A model generated the notes under the pieces. It worked only from the letters and a program-made list of their open reading frames with translations. It did not search any database and had not been told where the DNA came from. Shown here piece after piece: positions 31,793 to 40,177 of a stretch of 64,000 nucleotides of DNA. Positions within the stretch are counted from its first letter, which is position 1, and each line of letters begins with the position of its first letter. The stretch is from an uncultured bacterium (GTDB lineage Bacteria > Krumholzibacteriota > Krumholzibacteriia > Krumholzibacteriales > Krumholzibacteriaceae). The stretch spans positions 1,408,001 through 1,472,000 of the forward strand of contig CAWBAN010000001.1 of assembly GCA_963786935.1 (NCBI GenBank), written 5' to 3'. Both the position numbers and the translations under genes were made by a program.

Positions 31793-31914
31793 GGAGTACC
31801 TCTCTTCGAAAGGGTGCGATGTTTGTGCGGCTTCGCCGTTCCGCCGAACCGCCGCCCCACACCGATTGATTCGGTTCGAATGCATTATGAACGAGGCGAG
31901 CGCGTTGTCAACCC

Positions 31915-31950
31915 AAAATAAAACGGGAGCGGCCCGTGCCGCTCCCGTTC
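31915..31950 (-). terminator. Intrinsic terminator after the small basic protein gene
   Basis: Minus strand AACGGGAGCGGC-ACGG-GCCGCTCCCGTT followed by TTATTTT. Confidence 0.85.
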
Positions 31951-31986
31951 AGTAGCACCTTCAAAGTGGGATATTGAGAAGATGTG

Positions 31987-32142
31987 CTATGCCTTCCTGG
32001 CTACCTTTCTGCGAATTCTGCGAACTTTGCGTTTCAGCTTCCTGACTTTCCTCTTCGCTTTCGCCTTGACGACTTTCTTCTTGATCTTCACTCTCCGTTT
32101 CACCTTCGCTTTGACTCTTGCCTTCTTAATGGCTTTTGGCAT
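31987..32142 (-). CDS. 51-aa Lys/Arg-rich histone H1/protamine-like protein
   Basis: MPKAIKKARVKAKVKRRVKIKKKVVKAKAKRKVRKLKRKVRRIRRKVARKA; AAAGGAG SD, promoter upstream, terminator downstream. Confidence 0.8.
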   Translation of the reverse strand: MPKAIKKARVKAKVKRRVKIKKKVVKAKAKRKVRKLKRKVRRIRRKVARKA

Positions 32143-32259
32143 TTCTCTCACTCCTTTGTGAAAGTTGAAAGCCCGCCATCGCCTCTTTTGCCTGCGTTGC
32201 CTCGCGTGATGTGATGCATTTAGAAGTCGCGCAACGCATGCACCGAATTAATTGAGCCC

Positions 32260-32314
32260 ATGTTATTCACTTGAGAAAAAATGTGTCAAGACTTTTTGAA
32301 ATTATTTTCAAAAA
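32260..32314 (-). promoter_or_regulatory. Promoter of the basic-protein gene with an AT-rich inverted repeat
   Basis: TTGACA(32289-32284)-18 nt-TAACAT; TTTTTGAAA-TTAT-TTTCAAAAA at 32293-32314. Confidence 0.6.
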
Positions 32315-32477
32315 TATTTTCGCGCCGCGTCGCTTCGCGCGACACGAAACGATCATGCATTCGTCCGAAACGAGCACGCGCTCGACGACGGGGCTCATCG
32401 ATTCGCGCGTGTCGCGGCGCGGGCAATCGCGCGCCGAATCGATGCGACGCCGCGGCCGCCGCGAGAGGCGGCCCGCA

Positions 32478-32506
32478 TTGACACGGGCGCGCCGTGTAGT
32501 TATCAT
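32478..32506 (+). promoter_or_regulatory. sigma70-type promoter
   Basis: TTGACA-17 nt-TATCAT. Confidence 0.7.
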
Positions 32507-32550
32507 TCGGTAACCCGCGCTCGACGCGGATGCACCACGGAGCGTATCGA

Positions 32551-33549
32551 ATGCGACAGGAAGCGGTATTCATGCGGAGCGAGGAAACGCTCTTCGCGTT
32601 TCTCGCGGAGCGACTCGACGGCGTGTTCGCGCGCGGCGACCGCGTGGCGATCAAGATGCACATGGGAGAGCCCGGCAACACGCGCATCATCCCGGCGCCG
32701 TTCGCGAAGCGAGTCGGCGGGTGTCTCAAGCGGCTCGGCGCCAAGCCGTTCATCTTCGACTCGCCGGTCGTGTACCGGAGCCCCCGCGGCGACGAGCGCC
32801 GCTATCTCGAGACGGCGGCGGCCCACGGATTCTCGAAGAAGGAGCTCGGCTTCCCCGTCGTCGTCTCGAACGCCGGCGTCCCGGTGAAGGGATCGCTCAT
32901 GACCTACCGGGTCTGCACGGAGCTGCTCGAGGCGGACGGCGTGCTCCTCCTCTCGCACGTCAAGGGACACGTCGCGTGCGGCATGGGGGGCGCCGTCAAG
33001 AACGTCGGCATGGGATGCATGGCCAAGGAAACGAAGGGCGCCATCCACGAGGGGGGCGAGCCGGTCTACGGGAAAGGCTGCACGCAGTGCGGCACGTGCG
33101 TCGAGAACTGCCCGACGGAGAACATCACGCTCGACGAGACGGGGCCGCGATTCGGCGCCACGTGGTGCCCGGGATGCAGTAACTGCGTCCTCGTCTGCCC
33201 GGCGAAGTGCATCCGGCCCCGCGTCGCGACGTTCGACGATCTCCTCGCCGAGGCGGCGGCGCTCGGGCACGGACGATTCAAGAAGCGTTTCTCGGTGAAC
33301 GTTCTCAGGAACATCACGAAGTTCTGCGACTGCATGTCCGACCCGGGACCGCTCATCGCGCCGGACATCGGGTTCGTGTGCGCGGACGACATGGTCGCGG
33401 CCGACGCCGCGACCCTCGAGACGATCGCCCGCGAGACGGGGCGCCCGGACGTCTTCGCCGAGCACCACAAGCACTCGGCCGGGGAGCACGTGCGGGCGGC
33501 GGCGCGGTTCGCCGGCGTCGACGCGTCCGTCGCCGTGAAGGAGATCTGA
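32551..33549 (+). CDS. DUF362-family Fe-S protein with ferredoxin insert
   Basis: VAIKMHMGEPGN, SHVKGH..GMGGAVKNVGMGC, CTQCGTCVENCP, CPGCSNCVLVCP, CDC...DIG. Confidence 0.88.
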   Translation: MRQEAVFMRSEETLFAFLAERLDGVFARGDRVAIKMHMGEPGNTRIIPAPFAKRVGGCLKRLGAKPFIFDSPVVYRSPRGDERRYLETAAAHGFSKKELGFPVVVSNAGVPVKGSLMTYRVCTELLEADGVLLLSHVKGHVACGMGGAVKNVGMGCMAKETKGAIHEGGEPVYGKGCTQCGTCVENCPTENITLDETGPRFGATWCPGCSNCVLVCPAKCIRPRVATFDDLLAEAAALGHGRFKKRFSVNVLRNITKFCDCMSDPGPLIAPDIGFVCADDMVAADAATLETIARETGRPDVFAEHHKHSAGEHVRAAARFAGVDASVAVKEI

Positions 33550-33550
33550 C

Positions 33551-35254
33551 GTGGCGGGGAGCGCCATCACGTTCGCGCTGCTCGGCCCGGGGCTCGGCGG
33601 CGTTATCGACGTCCTCGCCGGCAATCCGATCGTCCTCCTCTTTTCGATCATCGGGCTCGGCTTCCTCCTCGGCAACATCAGGATTCTCGGATTCAACCTC
33701 GGGGTCGCCGCCGTCCTCTTCGTCGGCATGGCGTTCAGCGCGCTCGACGGGCGCCTCATCCTCCCCGATCACATATACGTCATCGGGCTCGTCCTCTTCG
33801 TGTACGCCATCGGCCTCCAGTCGGGCACCGGGTTCTTCGCCTCGTTCCGCAAACGGGGGCTGCGGCTCAACGTGCTCGCCGTCGCGATCCTCTGCGCGGG
33901 AGCGGCGATCGCGGTGATCCTCAAGAGCGTCATGGGGCTCTCCGCGCCGAGCGTCGCGGGGCTCTTCTGCGGCGCCCTCACGAACACGCCGGCGCTCGCC
34001 GCGACGATCGAGACGATCGACAACATGAAGGGAGCGTTCCCCCCCGAAACGGCGAAGCTCTACCTCGAGAGCCCCGTCGTCACCTACGGGCTCGCGTATC
34101 CGTTCGGCGTTCTCGGCGTCATCCTCTGGTTCTTCTTCTTCGTCAAGATATTCAAGATCGACTTCGCGAAGGAAGAGGCCGCGCGCCTCACGGAGTCGGG
34201 CGCGGGGAGCATCGTCAGCAGAACGTTCAAGATCACCAATCCCGCGATCGACGGCAAGACCGTCGCCGGCGCGCTCGCCGCGCTCGGCGAGCCCGGATTC
34301 GTCCTGAGCCGCATCAAGCAGGGAGACGTGATCTCCGTTGTGCTCCCGAATACGGTGCTCTCGCTCGGGAATCTCGTCGTCGCCGTGGGCAATCCCGACA
34401 CGCTCGAGCGCGCCCGCATCGTCTTCGGCGAGTTGAGCGCCGAGCACCTTCCCGAGACGTCGGGGAACATCTCCTACCGGCGCATCTTCGTTTCGAACAA
34501 GCGGGTGATCGGCAAGACGCTCCGCGAGCTCGATCTGCACAAGCTCTTCGACGCGACGATCACGAGGCTCCGCCGCGGCGACGTGGATTTCGTCCCCGCT
34601 CCCGACACGATCCTCGAGGCGGGGGACCGCATCCGCGTCGTGACGCGCCGCGACAACATCGACGCGATCTCGAAATTCTTCGGCGATTCGATCCGGTCCA
34701 TCTCCGAAACGGACTTCCTCTCCCTCTCGCTCGGCGTCGTGCTCGGCGTTTTTCTCGGGATGATCGCGTTTCCGCTCCCCAACGGGATGGTCTTCCGGCT
34801 CGGCTTCGCGGGAGGGCCGCTCATCGTCGGCCTCATCCTCGGCAAGATCGAGCGCACGGGGCCGATCATCTGGGGGCTCCCCCTTCCGGCGAATCTCGTC
34901 CTCAGGCAGGTCGGGCTCGTGTTCTTCCTCGCGGCGATCGGCACGAAGGCGGGGCCGGGATTCGGCGCGACGTTCAAGACGGGCGGATGGGGGCTTATCG
35001 CGGCCGGCGCGCTCATCACCACCCTCGTCGCCGTGGGGGCGATTCTCGCCGGGTACAAGTACCTCAAGCTCCCGATGTCCGCGGTCATGGGCGTCGTCTC
35101 GGGGATGCACACGCAGCCCGCCTGCCTCGCCTACGCGAACCAGCAGGCGGCGAACGAGCTGCCGAACATCTGGTACGCCGCGGTGTACCCCGCATCCATG
35201 ATCGCGAAGATCCTGCTCGCGCAGATCATCGTCTCGTTCCTCCTCGTGGCCTGA
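33551..35254 (+). CDS. AspT/YidE/YbjL family transporter
   Basis: GLVLFVYAIG, GALTNTPALA, YGLAYPFG, two central TrkA-C domains, duplicated TM domain. Confidence 0.92.
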   Translation: MAGSAITFALLGPGLGGVIDVLAGNPIVLLFSIIGLGFLLGNIRILGFNLGVAAVLFVGMAFSALDGRLILPDHIYVIGLVLFVYAIGLQSGTGFFASFRKRGLRLNVLAVAILCAGAAIAVILKSVMGLSAPSVAGLFCGALTNTPALAATIETIDNMKGAFPPETAKLYLESPVVTYGLAYPFGVLGVILWFFFFVKIFKIDFAKEEAARLTESGAGSIVSRTFKITNPAIDGKTVAGALAALGEPGFVLSRIKQGDVISVVLPNTVLSLGNLVVAVGNPDTLERARIVFGELSAEHLPETSGNISYRRIFVSNKRVIGKTLRELDLHKLFDATITRLRRGDVDFVPAPDTILEAGDRIRVVTRRDNIDAISKFFGDSIRSISETDFLSLSLGVVLGVFLGMIAFPLPNGMVFRLGFAGGPLIVGLILGKIERTGPIIWGLPLPANLVLRQVGLVFFLAAIGTKAGPGFGATFKTGGWGLIAAGALITTLVAVGAILAGYKYLKLPMSAVMGVVSGMHTQPACLAYANQQAANELPNIWYAAVYPASMIAKILLAQIIVSFLLVA

Positions 35255-35315
35255 TGCGCCGGCGTCTCGATCGTCCCCGGCGCCCGCTCATGTCAAAACA
35301 GGTCGCCCGCCGCCG

Positions 35316-35344
35316 TTGACTTCTCCGGCATTTTGCCGTACAAT
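35316..35344 (+). promoter_or_regulatory. sigma70 promoter giving a probably leaderless mRNA
   Basis: TTGACT-17 nt-TACAAT; only 7 nt separate the -10 box from ATG 35352, and there is no SD. Confidence 0.7.
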
Positions 35345-35351
35345 TAACGGC

Positions 35352-35870
35352 ATGAAGAAGATCGTCGCGCTCGCCGCCGCCCTGCTCATACTCTCCCCTG
35401 GTCTCGTCCGGGCGGTGGACGTGGACGTGCAGGCGGAGGATTTCACGAACTCCTACAACATCGAGCCCGAGATCATCCGCGCCGACGGCGGATCGCTCCT
35501 CGGCCTCGACTATCCGGGCGAGTGGGCGGAGTTTCATTTCGCGGCCTCGACGTTCGGAACATACACCGTGATGCTGCGCTGCTGGGGCAACGCGAACGTC
35601 CCCTACCATTTCCATCTCGCCATCATGCCCGTTCAGGGGGAGGATCCACAAACAATCGAGATCAGCTACATCGGCAAAGGCTTTTGCGGAGCTTGAGGCA
35701 CCGCGCTCTACCCCACCGGGAGTGGGGTCAGGATCTTCGAATCCCCGCTCACCTTCAGGCTGATATTCGTGTCGGGAGAGAACAACGCCTGGATCGACTG
35801 GTTCCGTTTCTCGTCGGCGACCGCGACGGAGAGCCAGTCCTGGGGAGCGATCAAGAGCCTGTTCCGCTAG
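35352..35870 (+). CDS. Secreted CBM6/35-like selenoprotein, 172 aa, CxxU (CGAU) with Sec at TGA 35694-35696
   Basis: Signal peptide, QAEDF, GEWAEF, GTYTV; read-through gives GTALYP...NAWIDWFRF...ESQSWGAIKSLFR-TAG, completing the fold and adding a C-terminal tag. Confidence 0.82.
35710..35728 (+). promoter_or_regulatory. Putative SECIS hairpin
   Basis: Perfect 7-bp stem ACCCCAC-CGGGA-GTGGGGT; loop starts 21 nt after the UGA. Confidence 0.7.
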
Positions 35871-35914
35871 AGCCGACGCCGAGCCGCGCCGGAATCCCCC
35901 CGCCCACCCCCACC

Positions 35915-37894
35915 CTAGAACTCGATCGAGGAATAGAGCGAGTACATGTCGGTTTTCGATTCCGCCTCGCCGGATGAGGTGATCGCGTCGTTGTCGACCC
36001 GCTCGTAGCGCAGCCGGAGCGCGCCGATCTTCTCGAACTCGCGCCGCAGCTCTGCGACGATTCCGCGCCGGCGCTCATCGAGGGGGGAACCGGTGCCGTC
36101 CCGCCACCTTTTGCTTTCGAGCCAGCCGAGCTCCGCGCCGAATCCTCCCCTGAGGACGAGGTCGAGCGAGGCGCCGGCGAGGGAGATCTGCGCGCGATCC
36201 GTCTCGCTCGGCGCGAGGTCGGCCTCGCGGAGCCTCTTGTAGAAGAGATCGATCGAAACGCGATCGTCGAAGAGCGGCACGCGGGCCGACGTGCGGAGCC
36301 CTTCGGTGTTCTCCTCGTACGAAAGGGCGGCATAAGGCGTGGCGTATCCGCGCGAGAGCCGCAGGTAATCGACGAGCACGGCGGGGCCGAGCGGCTTCTC
36401 GATCACGATCCCCCCGAACCCTCCGCTCCCCCGGTGGAATTCGTCCACGTACTCGAGACTCTGATTCAAGATGCCCTTTTCCTTGGTGTCGTTCCACGCG
36501 ATGATCTCGCCGCGCAGACGGGCGTATCGCACGATCGGCGCCTCCGCCGTGAAGCTCAGCGTCCGCGTTTGGATCCACGGATCCGCGGCGTAATATCCGA
36601 GCCCGACAAAATCGACCGAGTTTTTGTTCTCGAAGCTCGCGATCGCGTGAGCCGCCGCTCTCCAGAACGATCCGGTCCGTTCGTCGAGGCGCTGCCACCG
36701 CAGCTCGGCGCCGGCGATCTCCTGCGAGTATTGCGCCCGCTCCTCCCCGCCGTAGCGGTACGCCCCATAGTCCGTTTCGAGCTCCCGCCGCGGGATCGCA
36801 TAAAAAACACGCGCCTCGAAATCGGCCGCGGAGTATGTCGCGTGCGCCCCCTCGAACGTGAGAACGGGCCCGAGCTCCTCGAGACTCTCGAGAAGGAGCA
36901 CCCCCGCGGCAGCGCCGCCGCACCCGCATCCCGCGTCCCCGCCGATGCGCGGATTGTCGTCCCAGTCCCAGCGCATGAGCGTGAGCGGCGTCATGAAGAT
37001 GTCGTAGTACCCGAGCCTGCCGATGAATCCCCCCGCTTCGACCTCGGCGAACGCGCTTCCCCATTCCGACCCGAGGTATTCCGGCCCCGACGCGAGAACC
37101 TCCTCCCCTTCGTTGCTGATTCTGAGGAGGCCTCCGGCGCGCAGCGACTTCGCGAGCCTCAGCGATCCCTCGACCTCGAGCCGGTACTGCACGCCGCGCT
37201 GCGTGCTCGCCGGTTCGCCGTAGAGCCCCGTCGCGTCATCCCCCTGCGCGTCGACGGCGAGAAGCCTGATCCGCTGCAGCCCGTGATAGGAAAACGCGAT
37301 TCCCCTCGCGGGCGCCGCCGGAACGGCGGCTTGCACCGGCTCGCCGGACGCGCCGGGCGCTTCCGCGCTCTCCGCGGCGGCGACGCTTCCCTCCCGCAGC
37401 ATCTCCTCCATCGCCGCGCCGGCGTCTCCCTCGGGATCGAACCGGATCCCGCGCACGATCCCTTCCCGGTCGACGAGAATCAGCGCAAACGCCTCGAAGG
37501 GGATACCGTAGCTCGAAGCCGCCATTCCTCCCGCGTCGAGCGCCTGCGGGAACGTGATGCGGTTCGACTCGATCGTGCCGCGGACGGCGAGCCGGTCCCC
37601 GTCATCCGTATTGATGCCGAGGACCGTGATGTCCTCTCCTCCATACAGGCGATAGAAGCGTTCGCAGCCGAGGAGCGATTCGACGCAGTGCGGGCAGCTC
37701 GAACGCCAGAACACGAGAAACGTCTGCTCGTGCCGCGGGAAGAGTCCGTCCGACCGCACGGCATCTCCGCCCTCCATGAGACGCAGCTCGAACGAGGGCG
37801 CCGCCCGCCCCGGCTCGACGGCGAGCGCGGGCGCCGCCGCGCAAACGCACGCCGCGATCGCGATCGCGGCCCCGGCACGGAACAGTCGCTTCAT
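35915..37894 (-). CDS. TlpA/redoxin (CPHC) domain fused to a probable outer-membrane beta-barrel
   Basis: Signal peptide, APSFEL, FWRSSCPHC, VLGIN; amphipathic strands, GCGCG motif, terminal YSSIEF. Confidence 0.7.
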   Translation of the reverse strand: MKRLFRAGAAIAIAACVCAAAPALAVEPGRAAPSFELRLMEGGDAVRSDGLFPRHEQTFLVFWRSSCPHCVESLLGCERFYRLYGGEDITVLGINTDDGDRLAVRGTIESNRITFPQALDAGGMAASSYGIPFEAFALILVDREGIVRGIRFDPEGDAGAAMEEMLREGSVAAAESAEAPGASGEPVQAAVPAAPARGIAFSYHGLQRIRLLAVDAQGDDATGLYGEPASTQRGVQYRLEVEGSLRLAKSLRAGGLLRISNEGEEVLASGPEYLGSEWGSAFAEVEAGGFIGRLGYYDIFMTPLTLMRWDWDDNPRIGGDAGCGCGGAAAGVLLLESLEELGPVLTFEGAHATYSAADFEARVFYAIPRRELETDYGAYRYGGEERAQYSQEIAGAELRWQRLDERTGSFWRAAAHAIASFENKNSVDFVGLGYYAADPWIQTRTLSFTAEAPIVRYARLRGEIIAWNDTKEKGILNQSLEYVDEFHRGSGGFGGIVIEKPLGPAVLVDYLRLSRGYATPYAALSYEENTEGLRTSARVPLFDDRVSIDLFYKRLREADLAPSETDRAQISLAGASLDLVLRGGFGAELGWLESKRWRDGTGSPLDERRRGIVAELRREFEKIGALRLRYERVDNDAITSSGEAESKTDMYSLYSSIEF

Positions 37895-37994
37895 GAAGAT
37901 CTCCTCCCCGATCCGTTCCCCGTTGAAGTTTCCTCGCGCCACCAGTATATTCGCACCTTCGGGGCGCTCAAACATATTTCGCGGGGTTATCGGG

Positions 37995-39329
37995 ATGCAT
38001 GTCGACCGGCGCATGAACATCGAAATCGTGAAGCTCTCCGGGCCGGTCATGATCGGCATGCTCTCGCACACGATGCTCCAGCTCGTGGACACGGCGATGG
38101 TCGGGAGGCTCGGAATCGCCCCCCTCGCCGCGGTCGGGCTCGCTTCGCTCTTCCTGCACGTCACGGTCCTCGCATTCGGCTCGCTCGGCGTCGGCACGCA
38201 GGCGATCACGGCGCGGCGGCACGGCGAGCGCCGGTTCGACGAGTACCCGCGCATCGCGCTCAACGCGTTCGCCCTCGCCCTGGCCGTCGGCATTCCCGTC
38301 TCGATCGCGGGCGGCTACCTCACCCCGTGGATCTTCCCGAAGCTCGCCGCCGATCCGGCCGTCGCGCGCGAGGGGATCGCCTATATGAGCATCCGGTTCG
38401 GCGGCCTCTTCTGCGTCATCGCGATGATGACCCTCGGCGGGTTCGCCTACGGCGCCGGCCGCGTCAAGATCGACATGATCGTCTCGGTCGTCGTCAACGG
38501 ACTCCATATCCTCCTCAACTACCTCCTCATCTTCGGACACGCGGGCTTTCCTCGCCTCGAGGTGCGGGGGGCGGCGATCGCGTCGGTGATCAGCACGGTT
38601 ATCGGGATGCTCCTCTACCTCGCCCTCGTCCGCTTCAGGATTCTCGGGGGGCTTCCGGCGCCGCGTCCCGGCGCGCAGCTGTCGAAACCGCTCATGGCGC
38701 GGATCGTGCGGATATCGGGGCCCCGCGCCGTCCAGAGCGTGACGATCGCGGGATTCGTCGTGTTCCTGAGCCTCATCGGGCGGATCGGCGTCGGCGAGCT
38801 GGCCATCAGCAACGTCATCTTCAAGGCGTTCGACCTGTCGTTCATGATCGGGCTCTCGATCGGAACCGCCTCCGCGACCCTCGTCGGGCGCAGCCTCGGG
38901 GAGCGGAATCCGTCGCTCGCCGCGCGATACGGATGGCACGCCGCCGCGATCGGCTCCCTCCTCATGGGGATCATCGGGGCGTCGTTCGTGTTCTTCCCCC
39001 GTGCGATCATGGGCGTCTTCACGGACGATCTCGCGGCGATCGAGAAGGGAACCGCCGTGTTCAGACTGCTCGGCGCGTTCCAGTTCATCGACGCGGTCGG
39101 CATCATCCTCTCCCGCACCCTCCAGGGGGCCGGCAGCACCCTCTACGTCATGCTCGCCGAGATGGCCTGCATGGGCGGCATCCTCCTGCCGGTCTCCTAC
39201 GTGTCGGTCGAAATCCTCCACCGGGGAATCCTTTCCGCGTGGTGCGCGGTCTATCTCTACATCGTCTGCTTCGCCGCCGCGATGGCGTGGAAATTCAGGG
39301 AGGGCGGCTGGCGGCACATCGAGCTGTGA
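37995..39329 (+). CDS. MATE family efflux transporter
   Basis: LVDTAMVGRLG..PLAAVG, LNYLLIFG, GAAIAS, TLVGRSLG, C-terminal GGW. Confidence 0.93.
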   Translation: MHVDRRMNIEIVKLSGPVMIGMLSHTMLQLVDTAMVGRLGIAPLAAVGLASLFLHVTVLAFGSLGVGTQAITARRHGERRFDEYPRIALNAFALALAVGIPVSIAGGYLTPWIFPKLAADPAVAREGIAYMSIRFGGLFCVIAMMTLGGFAYGAGRVKIDMIVSVVVNGLHILLNYLLIFGHAGFPRLEVRGAAIASVISTVIGMLLYLALVRFRILGGLPAPRPGAQLSKPLMARIVRISGPRAVQSVTIAGFVVFLSLIGRIGVGELAISNVIFKAFDLSFMIGLSIGTASATLVGRSLGERNPSLAARYGWHAAAIGSLLMGIIGASFVFFPRAIMGVFTDDLAAIEKGTAVFRLLGAFQFIDAVGIILSRTLQGAGSTLYVMLAEMACMGGILLPVSYVSVEILHRGILSAWCAVYLYIVCFAAAMAWKFREGGWRHIEL

Positions 39330-39340
39330 GCGGCCCGGGC

Positions 39341-39361
39341 CCGCCCCGCGGGGCGGCTTTT
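39341..39361 (+). terminator. Probable intrinsic terminator after the MATE gene
   Basis: CCGCCC-CGCG-GGGCGG followed by CTTTT. Confidence 0.55.
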
Positions 39362-39363
39362 CC

Positions 39364-39404
39364 TTGACTTCGTCTTTATATTATTATATGAGTATATAGG
39401 AATA
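39364..39404 (+). promoter_or_regulatory. Promoter/operator of the ArsR operon
   Basis: TTGACT followed by an AT-rich imperfect inverted repeat (TATTATTATATGAGTATATAGGAATA) in an otherwise GC-rich context. Confidence 0.55.
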
Positions 39405-39421
39405 CGAGAAAGGGATCTTCG

Positions 39422-39781
39422 ATGACGTTCGACGCCGGATCGATGCCGTTCGAGCTCGTGGCGAGGCGCCTCAAGGCGCTCGCCGATCCCTCGCGGCTCG
39501 CGGTGCTCCGGTTCCTCTGCGACGGAGAACGGTGCGTGACCGAGATCGTCGATGAAACGGGGCTCGCGCAGGCGAACGTCTCGAAGCACCTGCGCATCCT
39601 GCTCGGCGAGGATTTCGTCCGCGCCCGCCGGGAGCGCCGGAACGTGTTCTATCGCCTCTCGAACGGAATGAGCGAGGAGATATGCGCGATCATCTGCAGG
39701 TCGATACGGGAACGGGCGTCCGGCGAGACGCGCGCGCTCGCGCGCTTCGGGGGCCGGAAACGCGCGCGAAAGGCCGGTTGA
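39422..39781 (+). CDS. ArsR/SmtB family transcriptional regulator
   Basis: LKALADPSRL..L..L...ERCV.EI....GLAQANVSKHLRIL...V...R....FYRL; Cys-rich. Confidence 0.93.
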   Translation: MTFDAGSMPFELVARRLKALADPSRLAVLRFLCDGERCVTEIVDETGLAQANVSKHLRILLGEDFVRARRERRNVFYRLSNGMSEEICAIICRSIRERASGETRALARFGGRKRARKAG

Positions 39782-39786
39782 ACGTC

Positions 39787-39945
39787 ATGGTCAAAGTCCT
39801 CATTTTCGTCGCGGTCTGGATCGTCGTTATGAAATTCGTCCTCCCGCGGCTCGGGGTGCCCACCTGAATGTCGCAGACGTGCGGGATCGGGGACCGATCC
39901 GCGGCCGAGAAACACGACGAATCGAACGAGGGAGCGAAGAGGTAG
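39787..39945 (+). CDS. Small single-TM probable selenoprotein, 52 aa, Sec at TGA 39865-39867
   Basis: MVKVLIFVAVWIVVMKFVLPRLGVPT-U-MSQTCGIGDRSAAEKHDESNEGAKR-TAG; read-through fills the gap to the next gene; hairpin at 39881-39902. Confidence 0.68.
39881..39902 (+). promoter_or_regulatory. Putative SECIS hairpin
   Basis: GC(G)GGATCGG-GGA-CCGATCCGC; loop starts 24 nt after the UGA. Confidence 0.65.
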
Positions 39946-39950
39946 GCGTC

Positions 39951-40148
39951 ATGCCGATTTTCGAATACGAATGCGGGAAGTGCGGCAGGCTCTTCGAGGA
40001 GCTCGTCATGAGCGCGGGCCAGGAGATCGCGTGCCCCTCGTGCGGCTCCGCGGACGTCGAGAAGCTCATTTCCCGGATCGCCAAGAGCTGCGGCGGATGC
40101 TCGTCGTCGGGGGGCGCCTCGTGCGGCCCCACCTGAGGAGGCTGCTGA
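39951..40148 (+). CDS. FmdB-family zinc ribbon protein, probably with C-terminal Sec (…SCGPT-U-GGC-stop)
   Basis: MPIFEYECGKCG..FE...CPSCG; TGA 40134-40136, then GGA GGC TGC TGA; hairpin CGCGGCG-GTC-CGCCGCG at 40149-40165. The family call is secure; the Sec call is less so. Confidence 0.75.
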
Positions 40149-40177
40149 CGCGGCGGTCCGCCGCGCGGAGAAACAGG

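Noticed and set aside
40146..40148. Second UGA of the FmdB gene as another Sec
   Set aside because: The hairpin is too close, and read-through would run through the terminator into the antisense tRNA with non-protein-like sequence
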